A DNA stretch of 64,000 nucleotides from Longimicrobiales bacterium (GTDB lineage: Bacteria > Gemmatimonadota > Gemmatimonadetes > Longimicrobiales > Gaopeijiaceae). Each line of letters starts with the position of its first letter. Position 1 is the first letter of the stretch. The notes beneath the pieces are model-generated. The model was not told the origin of the DNA. It saw only the letters and a program-made list of their open reading frames with translations, and did no database searches. Below, in pieces: positions 17,767-27,386 of the stretch. The DNA is taken from the NCBI GenBank assembly GCA_965249725.1, contig CBDFMQ010000002.1:2464001-2528000 (forward strand). Direction: 5' to 3'. The position numbers and the translations under genes are program-made.

Positions 17767-19127
17767 CAGGGAGCCTCTTCGACCTCCACCGGTCCCAGCC
17801 CGAGCTCCTCCAACGGACCTCGGACGGCAGCCGCATCTCCCCCGACCACCACGGTGATCTCCTCCGGACGGATGCAGCGACGGGCGGCGTCCAGCGCCTG
17901 ATCGCGGGTGACCTGTCTGATCCGGTCCCTGTAGGTGGCGTGATAGTCCTCGGGAAGGTCGTAGATGATCAACTCGGCGATCCGGGAAGCGATCTGCCCG
18001 GTGGTCTCGAGTCGCAGAGGGAAGACGCCGGCCATGTAGTCGCGTGACGCCTCCACCTCCTCTTGGGTGGGGCCGTCGTTGAGCAGGCCTTCGACCTCGC
18101 CTACGGCCTCTCGTACGGCATCTGCGGTCACCTCGGTGCCCACGGCAGTGGAGACGGTCCACGGCCCCGCTCCTCGGCGGAAGGAGAATCCCGATCGCAC
18201 ACCGTACGTGAATCCATGGCGCTCACGCAGATTCAGGTTCAAGCGGCTCGTGAAAGCACCGCCGAGGATCGTGTTGAACACCAGGAGGGGGAAGTAGTCC
18301 GGCGTGGAGCGGGGCTGTCCCACATGTCCGATGCGGATTTCGGACTGAACCGCATCCGGCCGGTCGACAATGACGATCCTCCGCTCACGGCTGCGTGGCT
18401 CGACCTGCACCGCGCTCCTCTCGGGTCCCGCCCCGTTCCATTCCCCGAAGCAGCGCTGCGCCAACTCCTTCATCTCGCCTTGATCGACGTCGCCCACAAC
18501 GACAAATCCCGCGCCGGTCGGTCGGTAGCGGGCTTCCACGAATCCAGCGGCCGCCTCGGGACTGAAGAGCGACACGGACTCCTCGTCGCCTCCGAGCGAG
18601 CGTCCGTACGGAACTCCATCGGCATAGGTCAGTCGACGTGCCGCATCGGTCGCGATGCTCGACGGGTCCATCTTGCGCTGCTGGATGGCCGCCAGGCGCT
18701 GGCCCCTGATGCGATCCAACTCGTCCGTCGGGAAGCCCGGGCGAAGAACGACCTCCGCCAGAATGCCCAGAGCCTCGTCCAGGCGCTCCGGTAGGCAGGA
18801 CAGAGCGATGGTCGTAGCGTCCCACCCGGTTCCTATGGAGAGCCCCACTCCGATCGACTCCAACGCCTCGGCCAGCTCCGCCCCGGAGCGCGAGGCCGTT
18901 CCTCCTTCGAGCGAGTCACCGGTGAGCACGGCAAGCCCCGCCCGGTCGGCACCAAGCGAAGCCTCGCCGGCGTCCAGGACCAGGCTGACCGTAACGATGG
19001 GAAGCCTATGCGCCTGAACCGACCGCATCTCCAACCCATTGGCGAAGCGATCGACCTGAACGGGTGGAAAGTCGAAGCGTCGGATGGCTCCGGGAGTCGG
19101 AGCGTCGGAACGAGGTGAGGGGCTCAT
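17766..19127 (-). CDS. M16 peptidase, non-catalytic subunit (cytoplasmic)
   Basis: No HxxEH; ILGGAFTSRLNLNLRERHGFTYG (R/Y pair). Confidence 0.88.
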   Translation of the reverse strand: MSPSPRSDAPTPGAIRRFDFPPVQVDRFANGLEMRSVQAHRLPIVTVSLVLDAGEASLGADRAGLAVLTGDSLEGGTASRSGAELAEALESIGVGLSIGTGWDATTIALSCLPERLDEALGILAEVVLRPGFPTDELDRIRGQRLAAIQQRKMDPSSIATDAARRLTYADGVPYGRSLGGDEESVSLFSPEAAAGFVEARYRPTGAGFVVVGDVDQGEMKELAQRCFGEWNGAGPERSAVQVEPRSRERRIVIVDRPDAVQSEIRIGHVGQPRSTPDYFPLLVFNTILGGAFTSRLNLNLRERHGFTYGVRSGFSFRRGAGPWTVSTAVGTEVTADAVREAVGEVEGLLNDGPTQEEVEASRDYMAGVFPLRLETTGQIASRIAELIIYDLPEDYHATYRDRIRQVTRDQALDAARRCIRPEEITVVVGGDAAAVRGPLEELGLGPVEVEEAP

Positions 19128-20416
19128 GAAGCCTCCTTCGCACTCGGTCGGTCGTTGGCCGGTACGTAGGTCAGCACCGCCCGATTGTCCGGTCCCAGGT
19201 GACCTTTCGTGAACTCGGAGACCTGGGCAGGTGTCACGGCGCGCATACGATCGAGCTCACTGTTCAAGCGAGAGGGATCATCGAAGAACTGGTCGAACAT
19301 GGACAGGAGATCGGCCCGCTCGCCGACCCGCTGGATCTCGCGAACGAGCTGCGTCTCGGTCACGGAGATGGCTCTTTGAATCTCCTCCTCTCGCACGGAC
19401 TCGAGGCCTTCGAGCTCGCCGGCGAGAGCCGATTCCAACTTCGCGGGGTCGGACTCCGGAAACCCTGTGGCCCACACCAGGAACATGCCGGCCCCTGATG
19501 TGAGCGGAAGCGTGTGGCTCACCACGTCCTTCGCCACTCTCCTCTCGCGCACGAGCGAGCGATACAGCCGAGAAGCCCTACCCGACCCCGCCACGGCACT
19601 CGCAAGGTGCGCCGGGTAGTACGCCGGATCCGTATAGGGCGGAATGCGATGTGCGATGAGCACCCTGGGAAGCGGCACCTCGGCTTCCACACGTTCCCGG
19701 ACCGTGGACCCGATCGTGGGACTCAGCTCGGCATCGCCCGGCATGGGCGGAACGTCCCCACCCCTCGGGATCCCTCCGAATTGCCGCTCGATCATCTCGA
19801 GGGCCTCGTCCTGGTTGAAGTCTCCGCAGACGGTGAGCACCGCATTGTTGGGCACGTAGAACGTCTCGAAAAACTCGGCCACGTCTTCCAGGGTGGCGGC
19901 CTCGATGTCGTCCATCGAACCGATCACCGTGTGGTGGTACGGATGGGACTCCGGGTAGACCATCGCTTGGATCCACTCGTCCCAATCACCGTACGGCTGG
20001 TTGTCGTACCGCTGACGCTTCTCGTTCATGACCACGTCACGCTGGTTGTCGAGCTTCTCCTGCGTCATCGCCGGAAGCATCCAGCCCATCCGATCAGACT
20101 CGAGCCAGAGGGCCAACTCAAGGTGATGCGACGGCATGGCCTCGAAGTAGTTGGTGCGGTCGAACCAGGTCGTGGCGTTCAGCGTCCCCCCCGCCCTCTC
20201 CACCAACTCGAAGTGCCGATTCTTGGGCACGTGTTCGGAGCCCTGGAACATCATGTGCTCGAAAAGGTGGGCGAAACCCGTCTTGCCGGGTCGCTCGTTC
20301 CGTGACCCCACGGCATACCAAACATTGACCGCCACCACGGGCGTGGAGCGGTCGTGGGACAGATTGACACGCAGGCCGTTGTCCAGCGTGAAGCGCTCAA
20401 CAGGTATCGATAGCAT
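19124..20416 (-). CDS. M16 peptidase, catalytic subunit (cytoplasmic)
   Basis: GFAHLFEHMMF HxxEH, DRTNY, VVMNEKR; no signal peptide. Confidence 0.92.
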   Translation of the reverse strand: MLSIPVERFTLDNGLRVNLSHDRSTPVVAVNVWYAVGSRNERPGKTGFAHLFEHMMFQGSEHVPKNRHFELVERAGGTLNATTWFDRTNYFEAMPSHHLELALWLESDRMGWMLPAMTQEKLDNQRDVVMNEKRQRYDNQPYGDWDEWIQAMVYPESHPYHHTVIGSMDDIEAATLEDVAEFFETFYVPNNAVLTVCGDFNQDEALEMIERQFGGIPRGGDVPPMPGDAELSPTIGSTVRERVEAEVPLPRVLIAHRIPPYTDPAYYPAHLASAVAGSGRASRLYRSLVRERRVAKDVVSHTLPLTSGAGMFLVWATGFPESDPAKLESALAGELEGLESVREEEIQRAISVTETQLVREIQRVGERADLLSMFDQFFDDPSRLNSELDRMRAVTPAQVSEFTKGHLGPDNRAVLTYVPANDRPSAKEAS

Positions 20417-20485
20417 TCGTTGTATTCCTTCGTTCAGGAGGCCATTGGAGAGCCGAGAGCCTCCTGACGGACAGGACCGGGGGGG

Positions 20486-21976
20486 TTAGTCCATTACCGT
20501 CGGATCGGTGATTAAAGTCACGGAACCCAACCCCAACCCGTCCAGCCCTTCCCGAATCGCAGAGTGATCACCGGCAATGACGATGACCATCCCCACAGGA
20601 TCCAGGTACTGCCCGGCCACACGCCGTACATCCTCGGCCGTGACCTCCATCACGCGGTCCACATACGTCTCGTAGTAGTCGTCGGCAAGATCGTTCAGCA
20701 TCTGGTCGGCGATCTGGGCAGCCACGCCCGCTACCGTCTCGAAGCGTTGGGGCAACCTTAGGGCCAGGTACTTACGGGCCCGATCGAGTTCGGCGTCACC
20801 CACCGGCTCGTGGGCGAGTCGCCTCAGTTCTCTCAGAAACTCCACGACCGCCTTGTCGGTGGTCGGCGTGTTTACGGCGGCCCGGGCAACGAACGGCCCG
20901 GGCTCACGGCGTAAGGCGAAGCTCGAGCCGGCACCGTAGGTGTAGCCCTTGTCTTCACGTAGGTTCGCGTTCAACCGGCTGGTGAAGGACCCGCCCAGGA
21001 TCGTGTTCATGACCATGAGCGGGAAGTAGTCTTGTGTGGCCCGGTCGACGGCGACCCGGCCGATACGCACCTCGGACTGGGCGGCCCCCGGTTTGTCGAC
21101 CACGTAGATGGACGGACCTGCGAGCGCCCTCGGCGACTGGCTGATGAAGTCCGCGCCAGAACCTGAGGGGAGAGAGCCCATCGCGGCCTCGAGCTGTTCC
21201 TTCAGTTCCGCGCGGTCCACGTCGCCGACCACCACCATCGACATGTTGCCGGCCTTGAACGTCTGCTCGTAGAGAGCCGCGACCAGGTCGCGGCCGACGG
21301 ACCGCAGCGCGGCTTCCGTGCCCAGCAGAGGCTGCCCGTAGGGGCTGCCCGGCTCATAGAGCCGGTCCGCGAAAGCGTTGTCGGCCAGGTCCCTCGCTTC
21401 ATCGCGAGTCTGCAAGATGCGGGTGATGCGCTCCCGCTTGACCCGATCGAGTTCATCCTCGTCGAAAGCGGGATTCAGAACCACGTCAGCGAGGAGCTCC
21501 AGAGCCCTGTCCAACTGAGGCTTCAGGACCCCCATGCGAACCACTGTTCCATCCCGGCCCGCACCAGTCGACAGGGCGGCACCGATCCGTTCGACCTCCT
21601 CCGCCAACTCCACCGCAGTGCGGGTGGTCGTCCCCTCGTCGAGCATGTCGGCCAGGAGCGCCCCGAGGCCGGGTGTGCCCAGCCGGCTTCCGCCCTCGAT
21701 GTGTATCTCGATGCTTATGATCGGGAGATCGTCATCCTCCACTACGCTCACGGGAAGGCCGTTAGAGAGAGCGAAGACGTGGCGCTCCGGCACGTCCATG
21801 GAAGGCGGGGGACCCACCGACGGTGGGACGCTCCGATCTAGGCTTGCTTGCATGTCTCCATTCCGCTCGTCGCTGATGCTCACCGACCCTGCGCCACCTC
21901 CACTCGAAGCACTCACCGAGCACCCGGCTAGCCAGGTGGCGACGACCCAACCGGTCATCCATCGCATTCGGCTCAT
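20486..21976 (-). CDS. M16 peptidase, non-catalytic subunit (lipoprotein)
   Basis: WLAGC lipobox; no HxxEH; SRLNANLREDKGYTYG. Confidence 0.88.
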   Translation of the reverse strand: MSRMRWMTGWVVATWLAGCSVSASSGGGAGSVSISDERNGDMQASLDRSVPPSVGPPPSMDVPERHVFALSNGLPVSVVEDDDLPIISIEIHIEGGSRLGTPGLGALLADMLDEGTTTRTAVELAEEVERIGAALSTGAGRDGTVVRMGVLKPQLDRALELLADVVLNPAFDEDELDRVKRERITRILQTRDEARDLADNAFADRLYEPGSPYGQPLLGTEAALRSVGRDLVAALYEQTFKAGNMSMVVVGDVDRAELKEQLEAAMGSLPSGSGADFISQSPRALAGPSIYVVDKPGAAQSEVRIGRVAVDRATQDYFPLMVMNTILGGSFTSRLNANLREDKGYTYGAGSSFALRREPGPFVARAAVNTPTTDKAVVEFLRELRRLAHEPVGDAELDRARKYLALRLPQRFETVAGVAAQIADQMLNDLADDYYETYVDRVMEVTAEDVRRVAGQYLDPVGMVIVIAGDHSAIREGLDGLGLGSVTLITDPTVMD

Positions 21977-23400
21977 CTGCCCGCCTCCGCCACGGCCAGG
22001 TCCGTTCTCCCTCGAGGCACGATCGAGAGGACCACTCCATACGCGTCCCGCAGGAAGCTCTGCGCGTGCTCCCGCACCGTCGCCGGCGAGACCCTGCTGT
22101 ATCGCGCGAAATCCCGACGCACGAAGCCGGGATTCCCCGTGACGAAGAAATACTCGTTCAGCCGCTCGGCCTTACCGCTGAAGCCGCCGACCGGCTCCAG
22201 GGCCTGTACGAACCCCGCCTCGATCTGATTGATCGAACGCTCCATCTCCAGGTGGGTGACACCGGTGTCGACGAGGTTGCTGATCTCCTCGCGGACGGCC
22301 CGCTCCAGCGCGTCCAGTGCTCCGTCCGGCTTGGCCGTGACGACAACGACGAACGACGACCCCATTTCTGCGGGGTCCTGGAACGCCGAGACGTCCTGGG
22401 CTACCTGCTCTTCCAACACCAAACGCCGATAGAGCCGGGAGCTCTTCCCCTCCGCCAACACCGACCCGACCACCTCCATGTTTGCGTCGCCCTGGCTGAA
22501 GGCCTCGGGCGAGTGCCACGCCATGTAGAGGCGCGCGAGCTGCACGTCGTCCTCCAGGACCACGTGCCGGTCGGCCGAAAGCGTGGGGTCTGGAACCTCG
22601 ACATCCGGGATGGGCGGGCCCGCCGGAATGTCACCGAAGTATTTCTCGGCGAATTCCCTGACGTCCGAGACACGCACGTCGCCGGCGATCGCGAGGCTGG
22701 CGTTGTTGGGGGCGTAGTACGTACGGAAGAAGTCGCTCACGTCCTCCAGGGTCGCGGCGCTCAGATCGTCCATATAGCCGATCACGGGCCAATGGTAGGG
22801 ATGGTCCTCGGGGTACAGGTTCGCGGAGATGGTCTCGAACGCCCTGCCGTAGGGACGGTTGTCGACACCCTCGCGCCGCTCGTTCTTCACGACGTCACGC
22901 TGGACGTCGAGCTTCTCCTGGGTCATGGTGTCCAGCAACCAGCCCATGCGGTCCGCCTCGATCCAAAGGGCGAGCTCGAGGGCGTTGGACGACACCGTTT
23001 CCAGGTAGTTGGTCCGATCGGTGGAAGTCGACCCGTTGGGCGCTCCGCCCACGGCCTCGAGCAGGTTGTCGATATCTCCCTCGGGCACGTTGGCGGACCC
23101 TTCGAACATGATGTGCTCGAAGAGATGGGCGAACCCGGTCCGGCCCGGACGCTCGTTCCTGGAACCCACGTGATACCAGAGGTTCACGGCCGCCAGGGGC
23201 AGAGACCGGTCACGGTGGACGATCACGTTGAGGCCGTTATCGAGGGCGAACTGGGTGTACGGGATGTACACCTGCAAGGCCTCACGAAAGGCCTCACGCA
23301 AGGGCTCATCCATGGCCTCCTCCTCCTGGGCTGAAATGGAATCAGGCCAGACCGCCAGGAAGGCGAGGGCCATGAGGCACCCCCCAACTACTCTCACCAT
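21973..23400 (-). CDS. M16 peptidase, catalytic subunit (exported)
   Basis: Signal peptide ending ISA-Q; GFAHLFEHIMF; DRTNY; start uncertain. Confidence 0.9.
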   Translation of the reverse strand: MVRVVGGCLMALAFLAVWPDSISAQEEEAMDEPLREAFREALQVYIPYTQFALDNGLNVIVHRDRSLPLAAVNLWYHVGSRNERPGRTGFAHLFEHIMFEGSANVPEGDIDNLLEAVGGAPNGSTSTDRTNYLETVSSNALELALWIEADRMGWLLDTMTQEKLDVQRDVVKNERREGVDNRPYGRAFETISANLYPEDHPYHWPVIGYMDDLSAATLEDVSDFFRTYYAPNNASLAIAGDVRVSDVREFAEKYFGDIPAGPPIPDVEVPDPTLSADRHVVLEDDVQLARLYMAWHSPEAFSQGDANMEVVGSVLAEGKSSRLYRRLVLEEQVAQDVSAFQDPAEMGSSFVVVVTAKPDGALDALERAVREEISNLVDTGVTHLEMERSINQIEAGFVQALEPVGGFSGKAERLNEYFFVTGNPGFVRRDFARYSRVSPATVREHAQSFLRDAYGVVLSIVPRGRTDLAVAEAGR

Positions 23401-23501
23401 CACTACCCACCATGCGTCAAAGAGCGGGCCGTACCTGAGTCGTGCGAGGCCACGACGCGGAGCCACCCGCTCATAACGGTTCGACGAAACATAGGTTCCG
23501 A

Positions 23502-24419
23502 TCAGGGACGCGTCATGAGCCTCTCGCGCAAAGCCCCGGTAACGAAGTCCTCTTCGAGGAACGTCTTCGCCACTTCGTAGCCATCTTCCACCCGGTCGGA
23601 TACCTCCTCGACGAGCGGGAGATCTCCGGGAATGGCTCGCAGACGGGCCCGCTCCTCCTCGCCCGACGCCGCGGACGCCAACCCTGCCAGGAGAGCGAGC
23701 TCCACGTCCTCCGGACGTAGGTCCGCGGCCCCGATGAGGTCGGCGAGCGCGTCTTCAGTGCGGCCGAGGCTCACCAGGACCAGACCGGCCAACGAGCGAG
23801 CCCACCCATCCTCCGGATCGGCCGCCCAAGCCTTGGAAAACGCCTCCACGGCCTCGTCGTAGCGCTCGCCGAGGGCCATCGCTACGCCGCACTCCGTGAG
23901 CGCCTCGGGATCGTCGGGCGCGAGTGCGAGCGCCGCGGTGATCTCACGCAGGGCGTCATCGATCATCCCCTCGCGGGACAGATAGGCCCCATACATGGTA
24001 CGGACGAACGGCATATCCTCGCCCGTGAGCGCCGCGGTCCGCAGCGTCGATTCCGCGGCGGGATCGTCGAAGTGCGCCAGGCCGGTACCCGCGATGGCGA
24101 GGAGGTGGGGGTCGCTCGGCTCGGCAGCGACACAGGCTCTGAACCGTTCGTAGGCGATGCCCTCCATACCCAACTCGCGCTCGGCCACCCCCAGCCAGCA
24201 GAGCACAGCCGGATCGCCCGGATACCGTTCGAGGGTCTCGCGCAGATACTCCGCCATCCCGCTCCAATCACCTTCATCGCCCATTCCCACGGCCTGCTCC
24301 AACTCCTGATCCAACGCCGCGTCCGACTCGGACCCGCCTTCCGGCGCCCCGTCGAAATCGCTCTCTGCGTCGAAGCCGCTTCCCTCGCCCAACTCGCTCC
24401 CTTCGTCGAAGTCACTCAT
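23502..24419 (-). CDS. Tetratricopeptide repeat protein
   Basis: Multiple TPR-like helices, acidic N-terminus; TGATG overlap with apgM defines the start. Confidence 0.82.
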   Translation of the reverse strand: MSDFDEGSELGEGSGFDAESDFDGAPEGGSESDAALDQELEQAVGMGDEGDWSGMAEYLRETLERYPGDPAVLCWLGVAERELGMEGIAYERFRACVAAEPSDPHLLAIAGTGLAHFDDPAAESTLRTAALTGEDMPFVRTMYGAYLSREGMIDDALREITAALALAPDDPEALTECGVAMALGERYDEAVEAFSKAWAADPEDGWARSLAGLVLVSLGRTEDALADLIGAADLRPEDVELALLAGLASAASGEEERARLRAIPGDLPLVEEVSDRVEDGYEVAKTFLEEDFVTGALRERLMTRP

Positions 24420-25633
24420 CAGGCGCCGTATTTCTCCAGCCGGGTGGCGTGGGACAGGGCGAGGGACATGAGGCTCTTGCCCGGAATCACGCCCAGATCT
24501 CCAGCCCTGCAGGCGGTTTCGCCGAACTCGGTCGCCGAGGGTCGCGCCCATTGGGACGCAACGAGTGCCGGCACATGATGCCAGGAGTGCTCCCGGTACA
24601 GGGCCGGCGTGGAGTGGTCGCCGGTGACGATCAGCACGTCCGGATTCAACGCCGTAATCCTCGGAAAGAGGGCGTCGATCTCCCCGATGGCGGCCGCCTT
24701 GCCCTCGAAGTCACCGTCGTGGCCCAGTGAGTCGGGATCCTTGAAATGCACGAAGTAGAAGTCGTAGTCGCCGTAGTGACCCTCCAGGATGTCTACGGTC
24801 TCCTCGTTGGATCCGGGGACGCCATCCACCGCCATCCCCACCAGGCTCGCGACTCCCCGGTACATGGGGTACTTGGCCACCGCCACGGCGCTGAGGCCGT
24901 ACCGCTCCTCGTAGCTGGGATAAGGCGTAAACTGGGCGAATCCTCGCGCCAAGAAGGTGTTGGCACGCGGCTCTTCCGCGAGGATCTCCCCGACCCGGTC
25001 GAGAAGGCCCTGGATCATCCCGGCCGTCGCCTCGGATCCCGCATCCGTCGCAGTCAAAGGAGCCGGTCTCAGACCAGTCCGCTGTGGGTCGGTGTCGTCG
25101 AGGTCTGCCCCCAATCCGGTACCCCGGAGGACGAGGACCGCACGGTGCTCCTTCTCGTGGATGAGCGAGACCTCCACGCCCTCGGGCGGACGGATCGTCG
25201 CAAGCACCTTCTCGATGACTCGGCGTCCATCCTCGTCCGAAGGGCGACCGGCCCGCCGGTCTGTCACCAGGCCATCGTCGTCGACCGTGGCGAGGTTCAG
25301 GCGAGCAGCCACGTCTCCCTCTTGCAGGTCGAACCCGACTCCCAGAGCGCTCAACACCCCGCGGCCGATCATGGAGGTGACGGGATCGTATCCGAAAAGG
25401 GAGAGGTGCCCCGGCCCGCTGCCCGGTGTGATCCCCTCGGCCACCGGCATGATCATGCCCAATGAACTGCGGGCCGCCAGCGCGTCGAGGTTGGGGGTCT
25501 CAGCCGACTCGAGTTCCGTCCTGCCCGTATCCGGATGGGGAAGGCCACCCAGGCCGTCCAGCACCACCAGGATTATCGTTCCGCCATCGACACCTCGGAG
25601 CACGAGGTCATGAGGGAGCGAGGGTTGCGTCAT
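24419..25633 (-). CDS. apgM: 2,3-bisphosphoglycerate-independent phosphoglycerate mutase (ApgM family)
   Basis: VLDGLGG, TPNLD, PGSGPGHLSLFGYDP, DRRAGR, DSLGHDG, TGDHSTP, HSWHHVP. Confidence 0.92.
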   Translation of the reverse strand: MTQPSLPHDLVLRGVDGGTIILVVLDGLGGLPHPDTGRTELESAETPNLDALAARSSLGMIMPVAEGITPGSGPGHLSLFGYDPVTSMIGRGVLSALGVGFDLQEGDVAARLNLATVDDDGLVTDRRAGRPSDEDGRRVIEKVLATIRPPEGVEVSLIHEKEHRAVLVLRGTGLGADLDDTDPQRTGLRPAPLTATDAGSEATAGMIQGLLDRVGEILAEEPRANTFLARGFAQFTPYPSYEERYGLSAVAVAKYPMYRGVASLVGMAVDGVPGSNEETVDILEGHYGDYDFYFVHFKDPDSLGHDGDFEGKAAAIGEIDALFPRITALNPDVLIVTGDHSTPALYREHSWHHVPALVASQWARPSATEFGETACRAGDLGVIPGKSLMSLALSHATRLEKYGA

Positions 25634-25832
25634 GGATCCGTCCCGATCACTTAGAGTGAGATTCGACACGACTGAAAACGGATCATCCCCGAGCTGGAGG
25701 ATGATCTGTTCGCCACACAGAGAACATAGCGAGTCCGTGGAGCCGAATCGACGCGTGGGTGTATCCGCGCATACAATGACCTACGGGACCCCGATAGTCC
25801 CTCGACAGCGTGTTAACCAGGAGGACCAGAAC

Positions 25833-26966
25833 GTGAGGTACAGCCCCTTCACTATGGAGCGGTGGCAGTCCACCTACGAGCACAGCGTGAGCTTCAACCT
25901 GTCGGAGAGCGGCGTACACCCGCTCTCGGTCTCAGAGCTCCTGGAGCTGGCCGACCTCGGGCCTGACAAACTGGACGTGCGCCTCGGCTACGGGCAGTCG
26001 AACGGAAGCGACGAACTCAGAGCGCGCATCGCCGCCTTGTACCCTGGAGCGACGGACGCATCGGTCCTGGTGACCATCGGCGGCGCCGAGGCCAATTTCA
26101 CGGCCTTCTGGCACCTTCTCGATCCGAACGTCCCGGCTGCGGTGATGCTCCCGAACTACATGCAGGTGCCCGGGCTGTTGGAGAGCTTTCAGGCGCCGAT
26201 CCTGCCCTTCCACCTCCTCGAGGAGGCGGGGTGGCAACCAGACCTCGAGGAACTCGAGCGGCGTCTGGAAGAGGGAGCCCGCTCCATTCTGGTCACGAAT
26301 CCGAGCAACCCGACGGGCGCGGTGCTGAGTTCGGAGTCGATGTCCGCCATCGTGGCGCTCGCTGAGCGCTACGGCGCCTGGATCCTGTCCGACGAGGTCT
26401 ACCAGGGCGCCGAACTCGGGGCCGAGCAGACCCCATCGTTCTGGGGGCGGACGGAGCGAGTGATGGTCACGAACTCCCTGTCCAAGGCCTACGGCCTGCC
26501 GGGGCTGCGCTTGGGCTGGGTACTCGGCCCGCCGGACATCATGGAGTCCATGTGGGGCCGTACCGACTACACGACCATCGCGCCCGCCAACCTGTCCGAT
26601 ACCCTAGCTTGCGTCGCCCTCGAGCCCGTGACCCGCGAGAAGATCCTCGCCCGCACGAGAGGCATCCTCAACAACAACTTGGATCTACTGACCGAGTGGA
26701 TGGAGGGTCAGGAGGGTCGCTTCACGTACCGGCGGCCCGACGCCGGAGCGATCTGCTACGCTCGCTACAGCACGCCGGTGAATTCGACCCAATTCGCCGA
26801 GAAGCTGCGGACGGAGATGGACCTGCTGGTGGTACCGGGAGACCAGTTCGGCATGGACGGATACCTACGGCTGGGGTTCGGACCGCCTGCCGACGAGCTA
26901 TCCGAGGCTCTTACCCGGCTGGGTGAGGCCTTCGATCAGGTCGAGGCGGGGGCCGCCGCCGGCTGA
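25833..26966 (+). CDS. Class I/II PLP-dependent aminotransferase
   Basis: NLSESG, TNPSNPTG, DEVY, SLSKAYGLPGLRLGW; AGGAGG RBS before GTG 25833. Confidence 0.92.
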   Translation: MRYSPFTMERWQSTYEHSVSFNLSESGVHPLSVSELLELADLGPDKLDVRLGYGQSNGSDELRARIAALYPGATDASVLVTIGGAEANFTAFWHLLDPNVPAAVMLPNYMQVPGLLESFQAPILPFHLLEEAGWQPDLEELERRLEEGARSILVTNPSNPTGAVLSSESMSAIVALAERYGAWILSDEVYQGAELGAEQTPSFWGRTERVMVTNSLSKAYGLPGLRLGWVLGPPDIMESMWGRTDYTTIAPANLSDTLACVALEPVTREKILARTRGILNNNLDLLTEWMEGQEGRFTYRRPDAGAICYARYSTPVNSTQFAEKLRTEMDLLVVPGDQFGMDGYLRLGFGPPADELSEALTRLGEAFDQVEAGAAAG

Positions 26967-27137
26967 TCAACCCGAACGCAGCCAGTCTCCCAGGCGCTCC
27001 ATCGCGCGGACGAACTGGTCCGCCTCCGCCCGAGCGGACTCCGGCACGGATCCGGCCAAATCCCGGGCCTTCTCGACGTCCTCTGAGATCGTCTCGGAGT
27101 TCGACAACACCCAGATTTCTCTGAGTTGATCGATCAC
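26967..27137 (-). CDS. 56-aa hypothetical helical protein
   Basis: GAGGAG RBS, GTG start, MIDQLREIWVLSNSETISEDVEKARDLAGSVPESARAEADQFVRAMERLGDWLRSG*; not in ORF track. Confidence 0.6.
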   Translation of the reverse strand: MIDQLREIWVLSNSETISEDVEKARDLAGSVPESARAEADQFVRAMERLGDWLRSG

Positions 27138-27386
27138 GACTCTCCTCGAGGGGCCCTTCTTCGAGCTTTGGATTTCCCGTCTCCCAGCGTTGCCGTTACT
27201 GAACGATCACCACGAAGCGACCGGCGACGCAAGCGTGGGACACGTTGCGCCTCCCCCCGCTCCTGCCGTTATTACGGTCGCTTTCGCTCCGGTGGTGTCG
27301 GGGACCGACCCCGTGGCTGCCTTTTCCCAGGGAGGACGGGACATAACAAGGCACATCTCAAGCATCGATGACGTGAGGTCGCGCGA

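Noticed and set aside
17767..18162. N-terminal extension of the Nudix ORF or a fusion with the M16 gene
   Set aside because: Arg-rich off-frame translation of the M16 gene; TGATG overlap marks the likely start
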